DNA of 64,000 nt from Tannerellaceae bacterium (GTDB lineage: Bacteria; Bacteroidota; Bacteroidia; Bacteroidales; Tannerellaceae). The translations under genes were made by a program, and so were the position numbers. The stretch is taken from positions 11,407 through 75,406 of the forward strand of contig JAJQAZ010000104.1 of assembly GCA_021203545.1 (NCBI GenBank). The letters run 5' to 3'. The notes below the pieces were generated by a model that was not told the DNA's origin, ran no database searches, and worked only from the letters and a program-made list of their open reading frames with translations. Shown one piece after another: positions 38,583 to 47,398 of this stretch (the first letter of the stretch is position 1; every line of letters starts with the position of its first letter).

Positions 38583-40122
38583 CAAATCAAAATATGAAAA
38601 GACGTGATTTTATTAAAACAGGAGGCATGGTTATGCTCGGCTTCTTAACAGCTCCTTCATTTCTGGGTGCAGTAGCTACCGGAAGTGCGGAAGAAAGAGC
38701 CGCGGGCGTAACTTTTGCCATGAACCACTTTGGGATTAGTGAAGGCGACTTACGCAAGGTTCTTGCTGCCGCTTTGGAAAAAGGAGGCGACTATGCCGAT
38801 CTCTACTTTGAACATTCTTACCGGAACAATATCGGTTTGATGGACGGAGCGGTAAACAGGGCCTCTTCTAATATCGACTTTGGTATGGGAGTACGTGTAT
38901 TATCAGGCGATCAGACCGGTTATGCGTATGTAGAAGATGTTACCCCGGAGGAAATGTTGCGTGCGGCCCGTACCGCGGCCCGTATTGCGAACGGAAAAGC
39001 CGGAAAAGCACCGGTTAATCTGACCCCTACACCGATTGCACAAAGCTATTACAATATACATACCCCCTGGGATGCGGTAGCGGTAAACGAGAAAACGCCT
39101 TATTTGCAAAAGTTAAATGATAAGATATTTTCCCTGGACAGCCGGGTATCGAAAGTAAATGCTTCGCTTGGCGATACTACCAGCCATATCTTTTTTGTAA
39201 CTCGGATGGCGAAATGTTCTATGATTACCGTCCTATGGTTACCCTCTCGGCAATGTGTATTATGGAAGAGAATGGAAAAATCGAGAACTCCCACGCTGCC
39301 CGTGCGTACCGCATGGGAGCAGAGTTCCTGACAGACGATCTGATTGATCTGCTGGCCAAAGAAGCAGTAGAGAAAACATCTATCCTTTTCCGGGCAGTTA
39401 AACCGAAAGGTGGCGAAATGCCGGTGGTAATGGGAGCCGGTGGTTCCGGAATCCTTTTGCATGAAGCAATAGGACATGCTTTTGAAGCTGATTTCAACCG
39501 GAAAGATATTTCTATATTCTCTAATATGTTGAATACAAAGGTATGTAACGAGAATATCAATGTGGTAGATGACGGAACGATACCTTTCAACCGTGGTTCG
39601 GTCAATATGGATGACGAAGGTATTGCCGGACAGAAAACCTATATTGTAGAGAAAGGTATACTTACCAGCTTCCTGCATGACCGGGTTAGTGCCAAACATT
39701 ATGGTATTCCTTCTACCGGAAACGGGCGCCGCGAATCGTTCCGCCATATGCCTATCCCACGTATGCGTGCTACTTATATGGAAACCGGAAACGTGACGGA
39801 AGAAGAAATGATCTCTACCGTGAAAAACGGTATCTATGCGGCAAACTTCACCAACGGACAGGTACAGATTGGTGCCGGCGACTTTACTTTCTTTGTAAAG
39901 AATGGCTATCTGATTGAGAATGGTAAGCTTACTCAACCTATTAAAGATATCAATATCATCGGAAACGGTCCGAAAGCACTGGCCGATATAACCATGGTAG
40001 GAAATAATTATGAAATGGACAACGGTACATGGACCTGTGGTAAAGACGGACAATCCTGTCCGGTAACCTGTGGTATGCCGTCGGCATTGGTAAGTAAATT
40101 AACGGTAGGAGGAGAAAGCTGA
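38579..40122 (+). pseudogene. tldD: TldD-family metalloprotease with a twin-arginine signal, interrupted by a 1-nt frameshift
   Basis: The start ATG at 38579 overlaps the anSME stop (ATGA). The N-terminus MTNQNMKRRDFIKTGGMVMLGF..ATGSA is a TAT signal. ORF 38558..39331 and ORF 39214..40122 (HEAIGHAFE motif) join as ..TSHIFF-CNSDGEMFYDYRP.. if the T6 run 39191-39196 is read as T7. Confidence 0.85.
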
Positions 40123-40124
40123 TT

Positions 40125-41444
40125 ATGATTACAAGAGAAAACAGAAACCTGGCCCGGTGGGCTATGGAGTTTGCACTAAAGAACGGTTGCCAGGGATCCC
40201 GTGTTACCCTGTATAATGGTTCTAACAGCTCCTTCGAGATTAGAGATATGAAAGTAGACCGGCTGCAACAGGCTACAGAAAGTAGTCTGGTGATTCAACT
40301 CTTTGTAGACGGACGGTATGGCTCTTTTTCTACCAACCGCCTGGATAAAGCCGAACTGGAGAAATTTATCCTGAACGGAATCGCTTCCACCCGCTATCTG
40401 GCGGAAGATACGGCACGCACATTGCCCGATCCGTCTCTCTATTATAAGGGTGGACGTCCGGACCTGCAATTGTTTGACCCTAAGTTTGATTCGATCAATC
40501 CGGACGACAAAGTAGGATTAGCCATGAAAGCCTGTTCCGAAATGTTGGGAAAGGACGACCGTGTTATCTCCGCTAATTCTTCTTTCGAAGACGAAAAATG
40601 GTTTAAATATATGGTAGCCAGTAACGGTTTTGAAGGAGACGACTCTTCTTCATCCTATTCACTGGTAGCCAGTTTGAGTATACAGGGAGAGGGCGAAGCT
40701 CGTCCGTCGTCCTATTGGTATGACTCATCCCTGTATTATGACCGCCTTATCAAAATGGGTATCGGTACAAAAGCATTTGACCGGGTATTCCAGAAATTAG
40801 GACAGCAAAAAATCAATTCCGGAAAATATCCGATGTTGGTTGATAACATGGGATCGGCCAGGCTGGTCTCTCCTCTGATCAGTGCTATTTATGGCTCTTC
40901 TATTCAGCAGAAAAATTCCTTCCTATTGGATAAACTAAACGAAAAAGTGCTGGGTGATAATGTTACCCTGATTGACGAACCTCATCAGATGCGCACTCCG
41001 GGTGCCCGTTATTTTGATAACGAAGGAATCGCAACCAAACGTTTACCGGTATTTGAAGAAGGTGTGTTGAAAACCTATTTCATTGATACCTACAACGCAA
41101 ATAAGCTAAACATGCCGGCAACAATCAGCAGTCCTTCTATTCTAACCATGCAAATGGGTGAGAAAGATTGCGACCAGTTACTGGCTTCCATAGATAAAGG
41201 TATTTGGGTAACAGGTTTCAACGGGGGTAACTGCAACAGCACAACAGGCGATTTTTCGTATGGAGTAGAAGGATTCCTGATAGAGAATGGTCAATTATCG
41301 CAACCGATATCAGAAATGAATATTACAGGGAATATGCTTACCCTATTTAATAATCTGGTAGAAGCAGGTAACGATCCTCGTAACTCATCCAGCTGGAAGA
41401 TCCCTTCCCTGTTGTTTGATGGAGTGGATTTTAGTGGGTTGTAG
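40125..41444 (+). CDS. pmbA: PmbA/TldE-family protein (TldD partner)
   Basis: 439 aa in the TldD/PmbA fold (GFNGGNCNSTTGDFSYGVEGFLIENG), starting 2 nt after the tldD stop. No signal peptide. Confidence 0.9.
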   Translation: MITRENRNLARWAMEFALKNGCQGSRVTLYNGSNSSFEIRDMKVDRLQQATESSLVIQLFVDGRYGSFSTNRLDKAELEKFILNGIASTRYLAEDTARTLPDPSLYYKGGRPDLQLFDPKFDSINPDDKVGLAMKACSEMLGKDDRVISANSSFEDEKWFKYMVASNGFEGDDSSSSYSLVASLSIQGEGEARPSSYWYDSSLYYDRLIKMGIGTKAFDRVFQKLGQQKINSGKYPMLVDNMGSARLVSPLISAIYGSSIQQKNSFLLDKLNEKVLGDNVTLIDEPHQMRTPGARYFDNEGIATKRLPVFEEGVLKTYFIDTYNANKLNMPATISSPSILTMQMGEKDCDQLLASIDKGIWVTGFNGGNCNSTTGDFSYGVEGFLIENGQLSQPISEMNITGNMLTLFNNLVEAGNDPRNSSSWKIPSLLFDGVDFSGL

Positions 41445-41445
41445 A

Positions 41446-41468
41446 CCCCCTAACCCCCTAAAGGGGGG
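41446..41468 (+). repeat. Hairpin repeat module A (CCCCCTAACCCCCTAAAGGGGGG)
   Basis: Identical 23-mer to 54508-54530 and the reverse complement of 55022-55044. Begins 1 nt after the pmbA stop. Confidence 0.85.
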
Positions 41469-41499
41469 ATAAGAAGAATGTAAATTTGCTGGCACTTCG

Positions 41500-41611
41500 T
41501 TCGGCGTAGCGTCTCGCTACGTCGTTTTAAAAAGTGAGGCTCCAGCCTCATGTGAAGCAGGAGCTTCACCCATTTTAGCGACATAGTGAGGACACTATGC
41601 CGAACGAAAAC
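41500..41611 (+). repeat. Four-hairpin element X, copy 1 (MITE/REP-like, ~105 nt plus CGAAAAC tail)
   Basis: TTCGGCGTAGCGTCTCGCTACGTCG-TTTTAAAAA-GTGAGGCTCCAGCCTCATGTGAAGCAGGAGCTTCAC-CCATTTTAGCGACATAGTGAGGACACTATGCCGAA-CGAAAAC. About 95% identical, by hand alignment, to 45151-45256 (inverted) and 54798-54913. Confidence 0.85.
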
Positions 41612-41619
41612 ATAATATT

Positions 41620-41665
41620 TTAAGTTGATAACATCGGCTTTTTGGACGGAGGGGATTTGTAATCC
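41620..41665 (+). repeat. Modules F (TTAAGTTGATAACATCGG) and E (GGAGGGGATTTGTAATCC)
   Basis: Same F-then-E pair as inverted at 54594-54638 and direct at 54743-54794. Confidence 0.65.
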
Positions 41666-41740
41666 TTTTTGATAATCCATACAATCCCGGTGTTCCATTA
41701 AATTTCTACTTACACAGAATACACATATAAATTTTTTACA

Positions 41741-42895
41741 ATGAACCGTTTATATAAAGGAAGTTATTTATTGCTGTGTATAGCGTTGTTGGGATGTAAC
41801 GGGCAACCAGCTAAAACATCCGCTGCATCAGACACTCCTGATATTTCTGTCGTTTCTGAAGCCCCGGTAAGTCCTGTGCCTTCTGTATCTTTGCCTGAAC
41901 CGACATCATCCGGTTATAAAGTGGAAGATTTTTCAGATTATTATTATGCTATAGTAGAGATAAATCCGGATGATATAGAAGAAGTATTCAGTCGTGCTTC
42001 GGTAATTGTATATAGTAAAGAAACGGGTAAGGAGTTAATACGGATAGAGTCTGACGAATTGGGTATTACATTACGGGACGGCAAAGTAGAGGCTAACGTG
42101 AAGCAGTTACCGTATGGTGAGCAAAGTATAATAATCTGTGGCGATTTCAATTTTGATGGCCGGATGGATATAGCCATACAGGACGGACAAAACAGTGCTT
42201 ATCATGGTCCTTCTTATCAAATCTATCTCCAGGGCGACAACCGGGAACTTATACATAGTGCTGCTTTTACCAGTTTGGCACAGGACTATTTAGGAATGTT
42301 TGATGTAGATCCTGAAAATGAACGGCTTCATACAATGACCAAAAGCGGTTGCTGCTGGCATCAGTTTAGCGAATTTGCAGTAAAAAACAATGTTCCGGAG
42401 CCTATCAGGGTAGTTGAAATCAATAATATGGCTGATCGTTATTATACCACAGAAATTACGGTGGAAGAATGGAACGAAAACGGGAGTAATAGAGAAACGG
42501 AAATATTTTTGGTTCCGGAACAACTCCGTGAGGAAGATATCCTATTTTCATTTACGATGGCACATAATGGTAAAACCGTTTATTTCCTTTCTATCAGATC
42601 GGATAAGGTAAACTACTTTATTGCCGGTAAAGAAAATCGTATTGAACTTGATTTCTTTTATGAAGTGCTTTATGAAGATTTCGATTTTTACTATAATGAA
42701 AAAGATGAAGTTTATTTTACAACAGTGGGCGCGAATTACACGTTATATGAAAAAGCTGATCCGGATAAAGGCACACAATATGGTATCCGGGTAAAAACAG
42801 GTGGAAAAGAGTATGACTATCCGGCTGACCCTTCTACTGTCAAAGGTTCACTATCACAATTAGGAACATATACAAATCTGATTGGGCCGGGATAA
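41741..42895 (+). CDS. Lipoprotein of unknown function (384 aa) with a DFNFDGRMD Ca-binding/FG-GAP-like motif
   Basis: Lipobox LLCIALLGC, then a Pro/Ser-rich linker and a Tyr/Glu-rich body. It possibly belongs to the XAC2610-related class, but I am unsure of this. Confidence 0.75.
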   Translation: MNRLYKGSYLLLCIALLGCNGQPAKTSAASDTPDISVVSEAPVSPVPSVSLPEPTSSGYKVEDFSDYYYAIVEINPDDIEEVFSRASVIVYSKETGKELIRIESDELGITLRDGKVEANVKQLPYGEQSIIICGDFNFDGRMDIAIQDGQNSAYHGPSYQIYLQGDNRELIHSAAFTSLAQDYLGMFDVDPENERLHTMTKSGCCWHQFSEFAVKNNVPEPIRVVEINNMADRYYTTEITVEEWNENGSNRETEIFLVPEQLREEDILFSFTMAHNGKTVYFLSIRSDKVNYFIAGKENRIELDFFYEVLYEDFDFYYNEKDEVYFTTVGANYTLYEKADPDKGTQYGIRVKTGGKEYDYPADPSTVKGSLSQLGTYTNLIGPG

Positions 42896-42930
42896 TAACA
42901 GGATAACTATTTTTTAATCTTTTTGATTTG

Positions 42931-42938
42931 TATCTTTG
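42931..42938 (+). promoter_or_regulatory. -7 box TATCTTTG for the phosphatase gene
   Basis: Exact TAnnTTTG 24 nt upstream of the ATG at 42962. Confidence 0.45.
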
Positions 42939-42961
42939 TTAAAAAGTAAACCGGAAGAATT

Positions 42962-44014
42962 ATGAACAGGAAGTATATCAGTCTATATATTGTTATATTG
43001 GCAACATTATTAATAAGTTGTGGTATGGATAAGAAACAGTTAAGATATGAGGGAGAAGATTTAACGGGGCAGGTATCTCTTTCAAGAGATAAGAAAAGCA
43101 AGCAGGCTGAACTGACCGTTAATCTGCCGGGAGATTGGCAATTGTACGGAACAGATACTAACCGCGAAGTGGACAGAGATAAAGCTGTAATTTCGGGAAT
43201 GCGTCCCGGAAAATACCCCCTGGCATATACGGATGTTACTTATCAGGTATATCAGTTCACCTCTCCGCAGGGAGAAGCTGTGATTGCCGAACGGCAGCTA
43301 CCCATTGAGGGCAGCTATAACTTCCGGGAGTTAGGCGGTTTCCGTACGAAAGATGGAAAATATACCCGCTGGGGAATGGTGTTCCGCTCTGACGACCTGA
43401 TGCATCTGACGGGGAGCGATATTCACTACCTCAACAGTATTCCTTTACGCACCATCGTTGACTTCCGGTCGGAATCCAAAATTCAGGCTTCACCGGATAA
43501 AATACCTTCCGGCGATACACGCTATGTACCTTTATCCATCACCCCGGGTAACCTCACTCTGTCTTCCGGATTTGATCTAGCCGGGCTGACGGAGCAGGCG
43601 GCCGATAGTATGATGCGCGCAGTAAACCGGCAATTAGCCACAGACGAAGCCAGTATCCAACAATACAAAACATTCTTTGCACTTTTACAAAACAGGGAAA
43701 GTCTTCCGCTTGTATTCCACTGTACCGCCGGAAAAGACCGTACCGGATTCGGTGCTTACCTGTTCCTTTCTTCTCTGGGTGTAGATCAGGAGGTAATTAT
43801 GAAAGATTACCTCGCATCCAATCATTATCTGGCAGGAAAATACAGCGATCTTATCCGGCAATACCCGTTTGTTAAACCTCTCATGGAGGTAAGGCAGGCA
43901 TACCTGCAAAATGCGATTGATAGTATTAACGAATCGTATGGATCGGTAGACACTTATCTTGAAAATGTGCTGGATGTAGATCTGAAAAGAATGAAAGAAA
44001 TCTATTTATATTAA
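42962..44014 (+). CDS. Protein-tyrosine phosphatase (Y_phosphatase3 type), lipoprotein
   Basis: 350 aa with lipobox LLISCG and the CX5R active site HCTAGKDRTG. The NFRELGG motif is typical of this family. Confidence 0.85.
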   Translation: MNRKYISLYIVILATLLISCGMDKKQLRYEGEDLTGQVSLSRDKKSKQAELTVNLPGDWQLYGTDTNREVDRDKAVISGMRPGKYPLAYTDVTYQVYQFTSPQGEAVIAERQLPIEGSYNFRELGGFRTKDGKYTRWGMVFRSDDLMHLTGSDIHYLNSIPLRTIVDFRSESKIQASPDKIPSGDTRYVPLSITPGNLTLSSGFDLAGLTEQAADSMMRAVNRQLATDEASIQQYKTFFALLQNRESLPLVFHCTAGKDRTGFGAYLFLSSLGVDQEVIMKDYLASNHYLAGKYSDLIRQYPFVKPLMEVRQAYLQNAIDSINESYGSVDTYLENVLDVDLKRMKEIYLY

Positions 44015-44084
44015 AAATACCTTTTTATAGTCAACTTCTTTTGCCTTCTAACTGTTTCCGGGTAAAATAATTAAAAGAATAATT

Positions 44085-44540
44085 ATGATATCCAGACTGT
44101 TAATAGGCGTTTTGTTGGTTTGTATGGCAGCCCTGGCAGGTTGTTCGGACGATGATAGCGATCCTGATTATACACCTACACAAATAGTGGAGAATGCTTT
44201 GTATGCGAAATATCCGGATGCCCGGCAGGTAGACTGGAAACTCGAAAACGGTTCTCCTGCAGCTGTTTTCCGCATGGATTCACAAACATATGAGGTATGG
44301 TTCGAAACAAACGGTACCTGGGTTGCTACTTATAGGGATATTTCGTATGCCGACTTACCGAATGCCGTGATTACCGGAATGGATAACAGTGATTTTAATT
44401 TGTGGACCGTTTTGTCTGTCCGCCGTATGGATAGACCTTCCGGTATATATTATGTTTTCCAGTTGGAAGAATCCGGTGGAAAAAGACAGGTTATCTTTAC
44501 AATGGACGGACGGTTAGTAGGCTCACAGGAAGAAATTTAG
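44085..44540 (+). CDS. PepSY-like (DUF2874-type) periplasmic lipoprotein
   Basis: 151 aa with lipobox LAGCS, ALYAKYPDARQVDWKLENG and the repeated beta-hairpin pattern typical of PepSY-like domains. Confidence 0.75.
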   Translation: MISRLLIGVLLVCMAALAGCSDDDSDPDYTPTQIVENALYAKYPDARQVDWKLENGSPAAVFRMDSQTYEVWFETNGTWVATYRDISYADLPNAVITGMDNSDFNLWTVLSVRRMDRPSGIYYVFQLEESGGKRQVIFTMDGRLVGSQEEI

Positions 44541-44576
44541 ATAAATAGTTTATACATATAAACCAAAAAGAAAGTT

Positions 44577-45014
44577 ATGAAGAAGTTAGTTTTTAGTATG
44601 TTGTGTTTATTCGTTATCAGTTTGGGAATACATGCGCAGGATGACCGGATAACATCAGATATAAATGAACTGCCGGCACAGAGCCGTGAGTTTATCCGTC
44701 AGTGGTTCGGCGATACAGAAATTGCCCATATCAAAATTGATAATAATTACCAGGGAAGAGTAAAAGACTATGAAGTACTCCTTGCTGATGGTATAGAAAT
44801 TGAATTTGATAAATCCGGTGAATGGAAAGAGATAGAAGCCAATAAAATGGGTTTACCGGAAGGTATTTTAGAAACCGGGATCATAGACCAGATTCATACC
44901 CTTCATCCGGGACAACAAATCCGTAAAATGGAAAAAGACGGAAATAAAATAGAAGTAAAACTATTCAACTATACAAAACTCAAATTCGACCAAAGTGGAA
45001 CTTTGCTCAATTAA
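44577..45014 (+). CDS. PepSY-like (DUF2874-type) secreted protein
   Basis: 145 aa with a signal peptide and the LP...FI...F patterns (LPAQSREFIRQWF, LPEGILETGIIDQIHTLHP) of PepSY-like repeats. Confidence 0.75.
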   Translation: MKKLVFSMLCLFVISLGIHAQDDRITSDINELPAQSREFIRQWFGDTEIAHIKIDNNYQGRVKDYEVLLADGIEIEFDKSGEWKEIEANKMGLPEGILETGIIDQIHTLHPGQQIRKMEKDGNKIEVKLFNYTKLKFDQSGTLLN

Positions 45015-45051
45015 ATGAGTAAGCATTTTTACCGCCTTATGGTAGCCATAT

Positions 45052-45076
45052 GCTGGCGCAGATTTAAACCTGTGCC
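45052..45076 (+). repeat. Hairpin repeat module B (GCTGGCGCAGATTTAAACCTGTGCC)
   Basis: Matches the module B copies listed at 11839-11910. Confidence 0.7.
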
Positions 45077-45120
45077 AAAACTGTAGTGAGGACACCAATA
45101 TCACGGGCTTAAGATATTTA

Positions 45121-45150
45121 TTTTCGTGTTTTCGTGTTTTCGTGTTTTCG
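45121..45150 (+). repeat. Tandem octamer TTTTCGTG x3.75
   Basis: TTTTCGTG at 45121, 45129 and 45137, plus TTTTCG at 45145, directly abutting element X copy 2. The same motif on the other strand (CGAAAACACGAAAA) follows X copy 3 (54896-54909), and one unit (CGAAAAC) follows X copy 1. Confidence 0.85.
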
Positions 45151-45256
45151 TTCGGCATAGCGTCCTCGCTATGTCGCTAAAATTAGTGAAGCTCCTGCTT
45201 CACATGAGGCTGGAGCCTCACTTTTTAAAACGACGTAGCGAGGACACTACGCCGAA
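45151..45256 (-). repeat. Four-hairpin element X, copy 2 (inverted relative to copies 1 and 3)
   Basis: The reverse complement aligns with 41500-41604 with about 6 differences, by hand alignment. Confidence 0.85.
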
Positions 45257-45270
45257 CAAAGGGTAAACAA

Positions 45271-45320
45271 AAAACATCCTGTTCATAGCCCTATGCAGAA
45301 GCGCAGAGCTATGAACAGGA
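45271..45320 (-). terminator. Intrinsic terminator of the beta-propeller lipoprotein gene
   Basis: A 13-bp perfect stem, TCCTGTTCATAGC (45277-45289) with GCTATGAACAGGA (45308-45320), 18-nt loop, followed on the minus strand by ATGTTTTTTG. Confidence 0.65.
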
Positions 45321-45378
45321 GACCGTTATGCGGTTGATACAAACCAAAAAACCAACTGATTTGGCAATCCCATTATCT

Positions 45379-46590
45379 TCAATCTGTTTTTAATTTGCCG
45401 ATAAAAACAATATTATTATCGTCTTCCCCGATATTATCATTTAAATCTTTCATCCTCTTTACAACATCCGGGTCAAGTCTGTCAGATTTCAAAAGCGCTT
45501 TTTCCAGTTGCTCTTTCAGATCATCCGGATCCATAATGGCTGTAAAATATCCCCGGCTGAAAGAAATCCAGTTCGGACCGGGAATATATCCTAACATATC
45601 AAATCTGAAATCGACGTATAAACCCTTTAGTGATTCTTTTTCAATAATAATTTTTGGAAAACGGGGCATAACTGTCCCCCAACTATGTTGTGTATACCAC
45701 CAGGTTAAATAATGGTTAGGAAGTTCTATGTAAAAATGTTCTATAAAATCATTTTTGAAGTCTATTGTAAATTTGGGTATTAACTGATTCGTTTTTATAT
45801 CATAATGATAGAGAGAATCTTGTTTTTGAACTGCATAAAAAATAGAAAAATCAGTCTGGTCCGTATTTAGAGACTCCCATACTTCATTACAGTAATCAGA
45901 CGGTATTATGGTAAATTGTCCGGCTGGAATTTCCTGTAGGACATTGCCCTGAAAATCCTGCAACCAGATAACGGATGGAGTATCGGCAAACGGCAACGCC
46001 ATAATAAGGAGTGTTTCTTTTTCTTTATCTATAATGAACCGGGCTTTATGGGTCAGATAAGCTAATGGAATATGTTTTTGCGGTTTTCCTTCAAAATCAA
46101 AAATCATTAATTTACTTGCTCTAAAACTTAAGAGGTAAACAAGTCCTTGTTTTTCATCAATATAGCCGTCTACAAGACCTACATAATATTCATCCGGTCC
46201 CTGGCCGGGAGTAGATAAAGTAGAAATATAGTTTCCTTTTTTATCATACAGCTTGTATGCGTTGGCCCGGAAAGAATATATACCCATATAGTTTTCACTA
46301 ACATGTATTTTACCATCCGGTGCAGTAAGAGCCTCGTCTGAATTTTCCAGGGGAATTATGTCAAAGGAGGAGAGTAGGATACTAAGGGGAATATTGGAGA
46401 TATCCTTTTTATCCAGCAGGCTTAAATCTGCTGTTACTAACTCTTCCCCCTTATGGATACTTTTTTGTGCAATAACCGGGGCATTGGCCAGATAGCTACC
46501 AGAGTTATCCTCTTTTTTATTTCCTTCATTACACGAGCCTGATATCAGGATAAGAAATGCAAATAGAATTAAGTAATAAAATGTCTTCAT
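45379..46590 (-). CDS. 6-bladed beta-propeller lipoprotein (BF3164-like family)
   Basis: 403 aa with lipobox LISGSC, the hallmark GQGPDEY motif and repeated Y.D..G...... blade pattern. A canonical promoter lies 26 nt upstream. Confidence 0.8.
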   Translation of the reverse strand: MKTFYYLILFAFLILISGSCNEGNKKEDNSGSYLANAPVIAQKSIHKGEELVTADLSLLDKKDISNIPLSILLSSFDIIPLENSDEALTAPDGKIHVSENYMGIYSFRANAYKLYDKKGNYISTLSTPGQGPDEYYVGLVDGYIDEKQGLVYLLSFRASKLMIFDFEGKPQKHIPLAYLTHKARFIIDKEKETLLIMALPFADTPSVIWLQDFQGNVLQEIPAGQFTIIPSDYCNEVWESLNTDQTDFSIFYAVQKQDSLYHYDIKTNQLIPKFTIDFKNDFIEHFYIELPNHYLTWWYTQHSWGTVMPRFPKIIIEKESLKGLYVDFRFDMLGYIPGPNWISFSRGYFTAIMDPDDLKEQLEKALLKSDRLDPDVVKRMKDLNDNIGEDDNNIVFIGKLKTD

Positions 46591-46615
46591 AATTTATGTA
46601 TTATCTTAGTTAATA

Positions 46616-46623
46616 CAAAGATA
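46616..46623 (-). promoter_or_regulatory. -7 box TATCTTTG (minus strand) for the beta-propeller gene
   Basis: Plus-strand CAAAGATA, 26 nt upstream of the ATG at 46590. Confidence 0.45.
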
Positions 46624-46716
46624 ATTAAATCTACGAATATTTCATAATTAATTATTGTTCTTTATATTTAGGTTTCTTTATCCTGATAAGTGTGGGGATA
46701 CGTCCGGGATATTTTG

Positions 46717-46724
46717 TATTTTTG
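46717..46724 (+). promoter_or_regulatory. -7 box TATTTTTG for ORF 46750
   Basis: Exact TAnnTTTG 26 nt upstream of the ATG at 46750. Confidence 0.45.
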
Positions 46725-46749
46725 AAACCAGATCAATCGTATAAAATAA

Positions 46750-47397
46750 ATGAAAGTATCCCTCTTCCTTGTTCTTTCTTTTTTCTTGTCTACAGCCTAT
46801 TCTTTTTCGGAAAATAAAGAAAAGAGTATGTCTGGTTTTTCATCCGGGTATGAAGAATTTATGTCTTATTTTCCGGATCTGGTATCCGGAGAAAATGCCA
46901 ACAAAGAGAAACAATTGTTACCGTTGATTCAGGTTACTCCGGATTTTAGTATTGGAAGTATTCCGCATGAAATAATAGAAGAGGATGAGTATTATGAATA
47001 TTACAACGTTTACGCTATTGGAAAAATTCTGGATTACAGAGGAATGGATGTTTTTTTAATAGAAGAAAATAGTGAAAGAGTAGATGAAGGTGGGTATGAC
47101 AATCATGTAAATAGCTATAGTTATCTGATGTTCTTTAAAAATGGCCAACCGATAGATTCCGGAACTATCACATTTACATCAAGCTATTACGGTGAAGGCG
47201 GCAGGTATGATTTAAATTCTTTCTTTCAACCGGATCTGACAATTTCTTCTCATTTTTACCAGGAGGAGCAGGAAAGTGCAACCGGATATATAACCCCCAT
47301 CGGAAGAGACTTGAAATATATATGGCAGATTACTCCTGAGGCGGGACGGGAATTTGTAGAAACAGAATCCATCCGTTTCTCCTCTCCTTTTTTTTGA
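46750..47397 (+). CDS. Secreted hypothetical protein (215 aa); may be the N-terminal part of a longer protein continuing in 47399..47761
   Basis: Signal peptide MKVSLFLVLSFFLSTAYS and an acidic, Tyr-rich body. It stops inside or just after a T8 run (47388-47395). Confidence 0.7.
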   Translation: MKVSLFLVLSFFLSTAYSFSENKEKSMSGFSSGYEEFMSYFPDLVSGENANKEKQLLPLIQVTPDFSIGSIPHEIIEEDEYYEYYNVYAIGKILDYRGMDVFLIEENSERVDEGGYDNHVNSYSYLMFFKNGQPIDSGTITFTSSYYGEGGRYDLNSFFQPDLTISSHFYQEEQESATGYITPIGRDLKYIWQITPEAGREFVETESIRFSSPFF

Positions 47398-47398
47398 T

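Noticed and set aside
39100-40053. 317-aa ORF on the minus strand
   Set aside because: It is entirely antisense to the well-supported tldD coding sequence. It has no motif and looks like a typical shadow ORF of a moderately GC-rich gene.
41450-41698. 82-aa ORF, plus ORFs 44961..45158 and 54959..55144
   Set aside because: Each is a translation of the hairpin repeat modules (A, X, B, E). The same DNA occurs in both orientations at different loci, which is incompatible with a conserved coding function.
45121-45150. Possible CRISPR-like or minisatellite array
   Set aside because: The units are only 8 bp with no spacers, and the tract is attached to element X. It is a simple tandem repeat, not a CRISPR array. 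No cas genes are present in the window.
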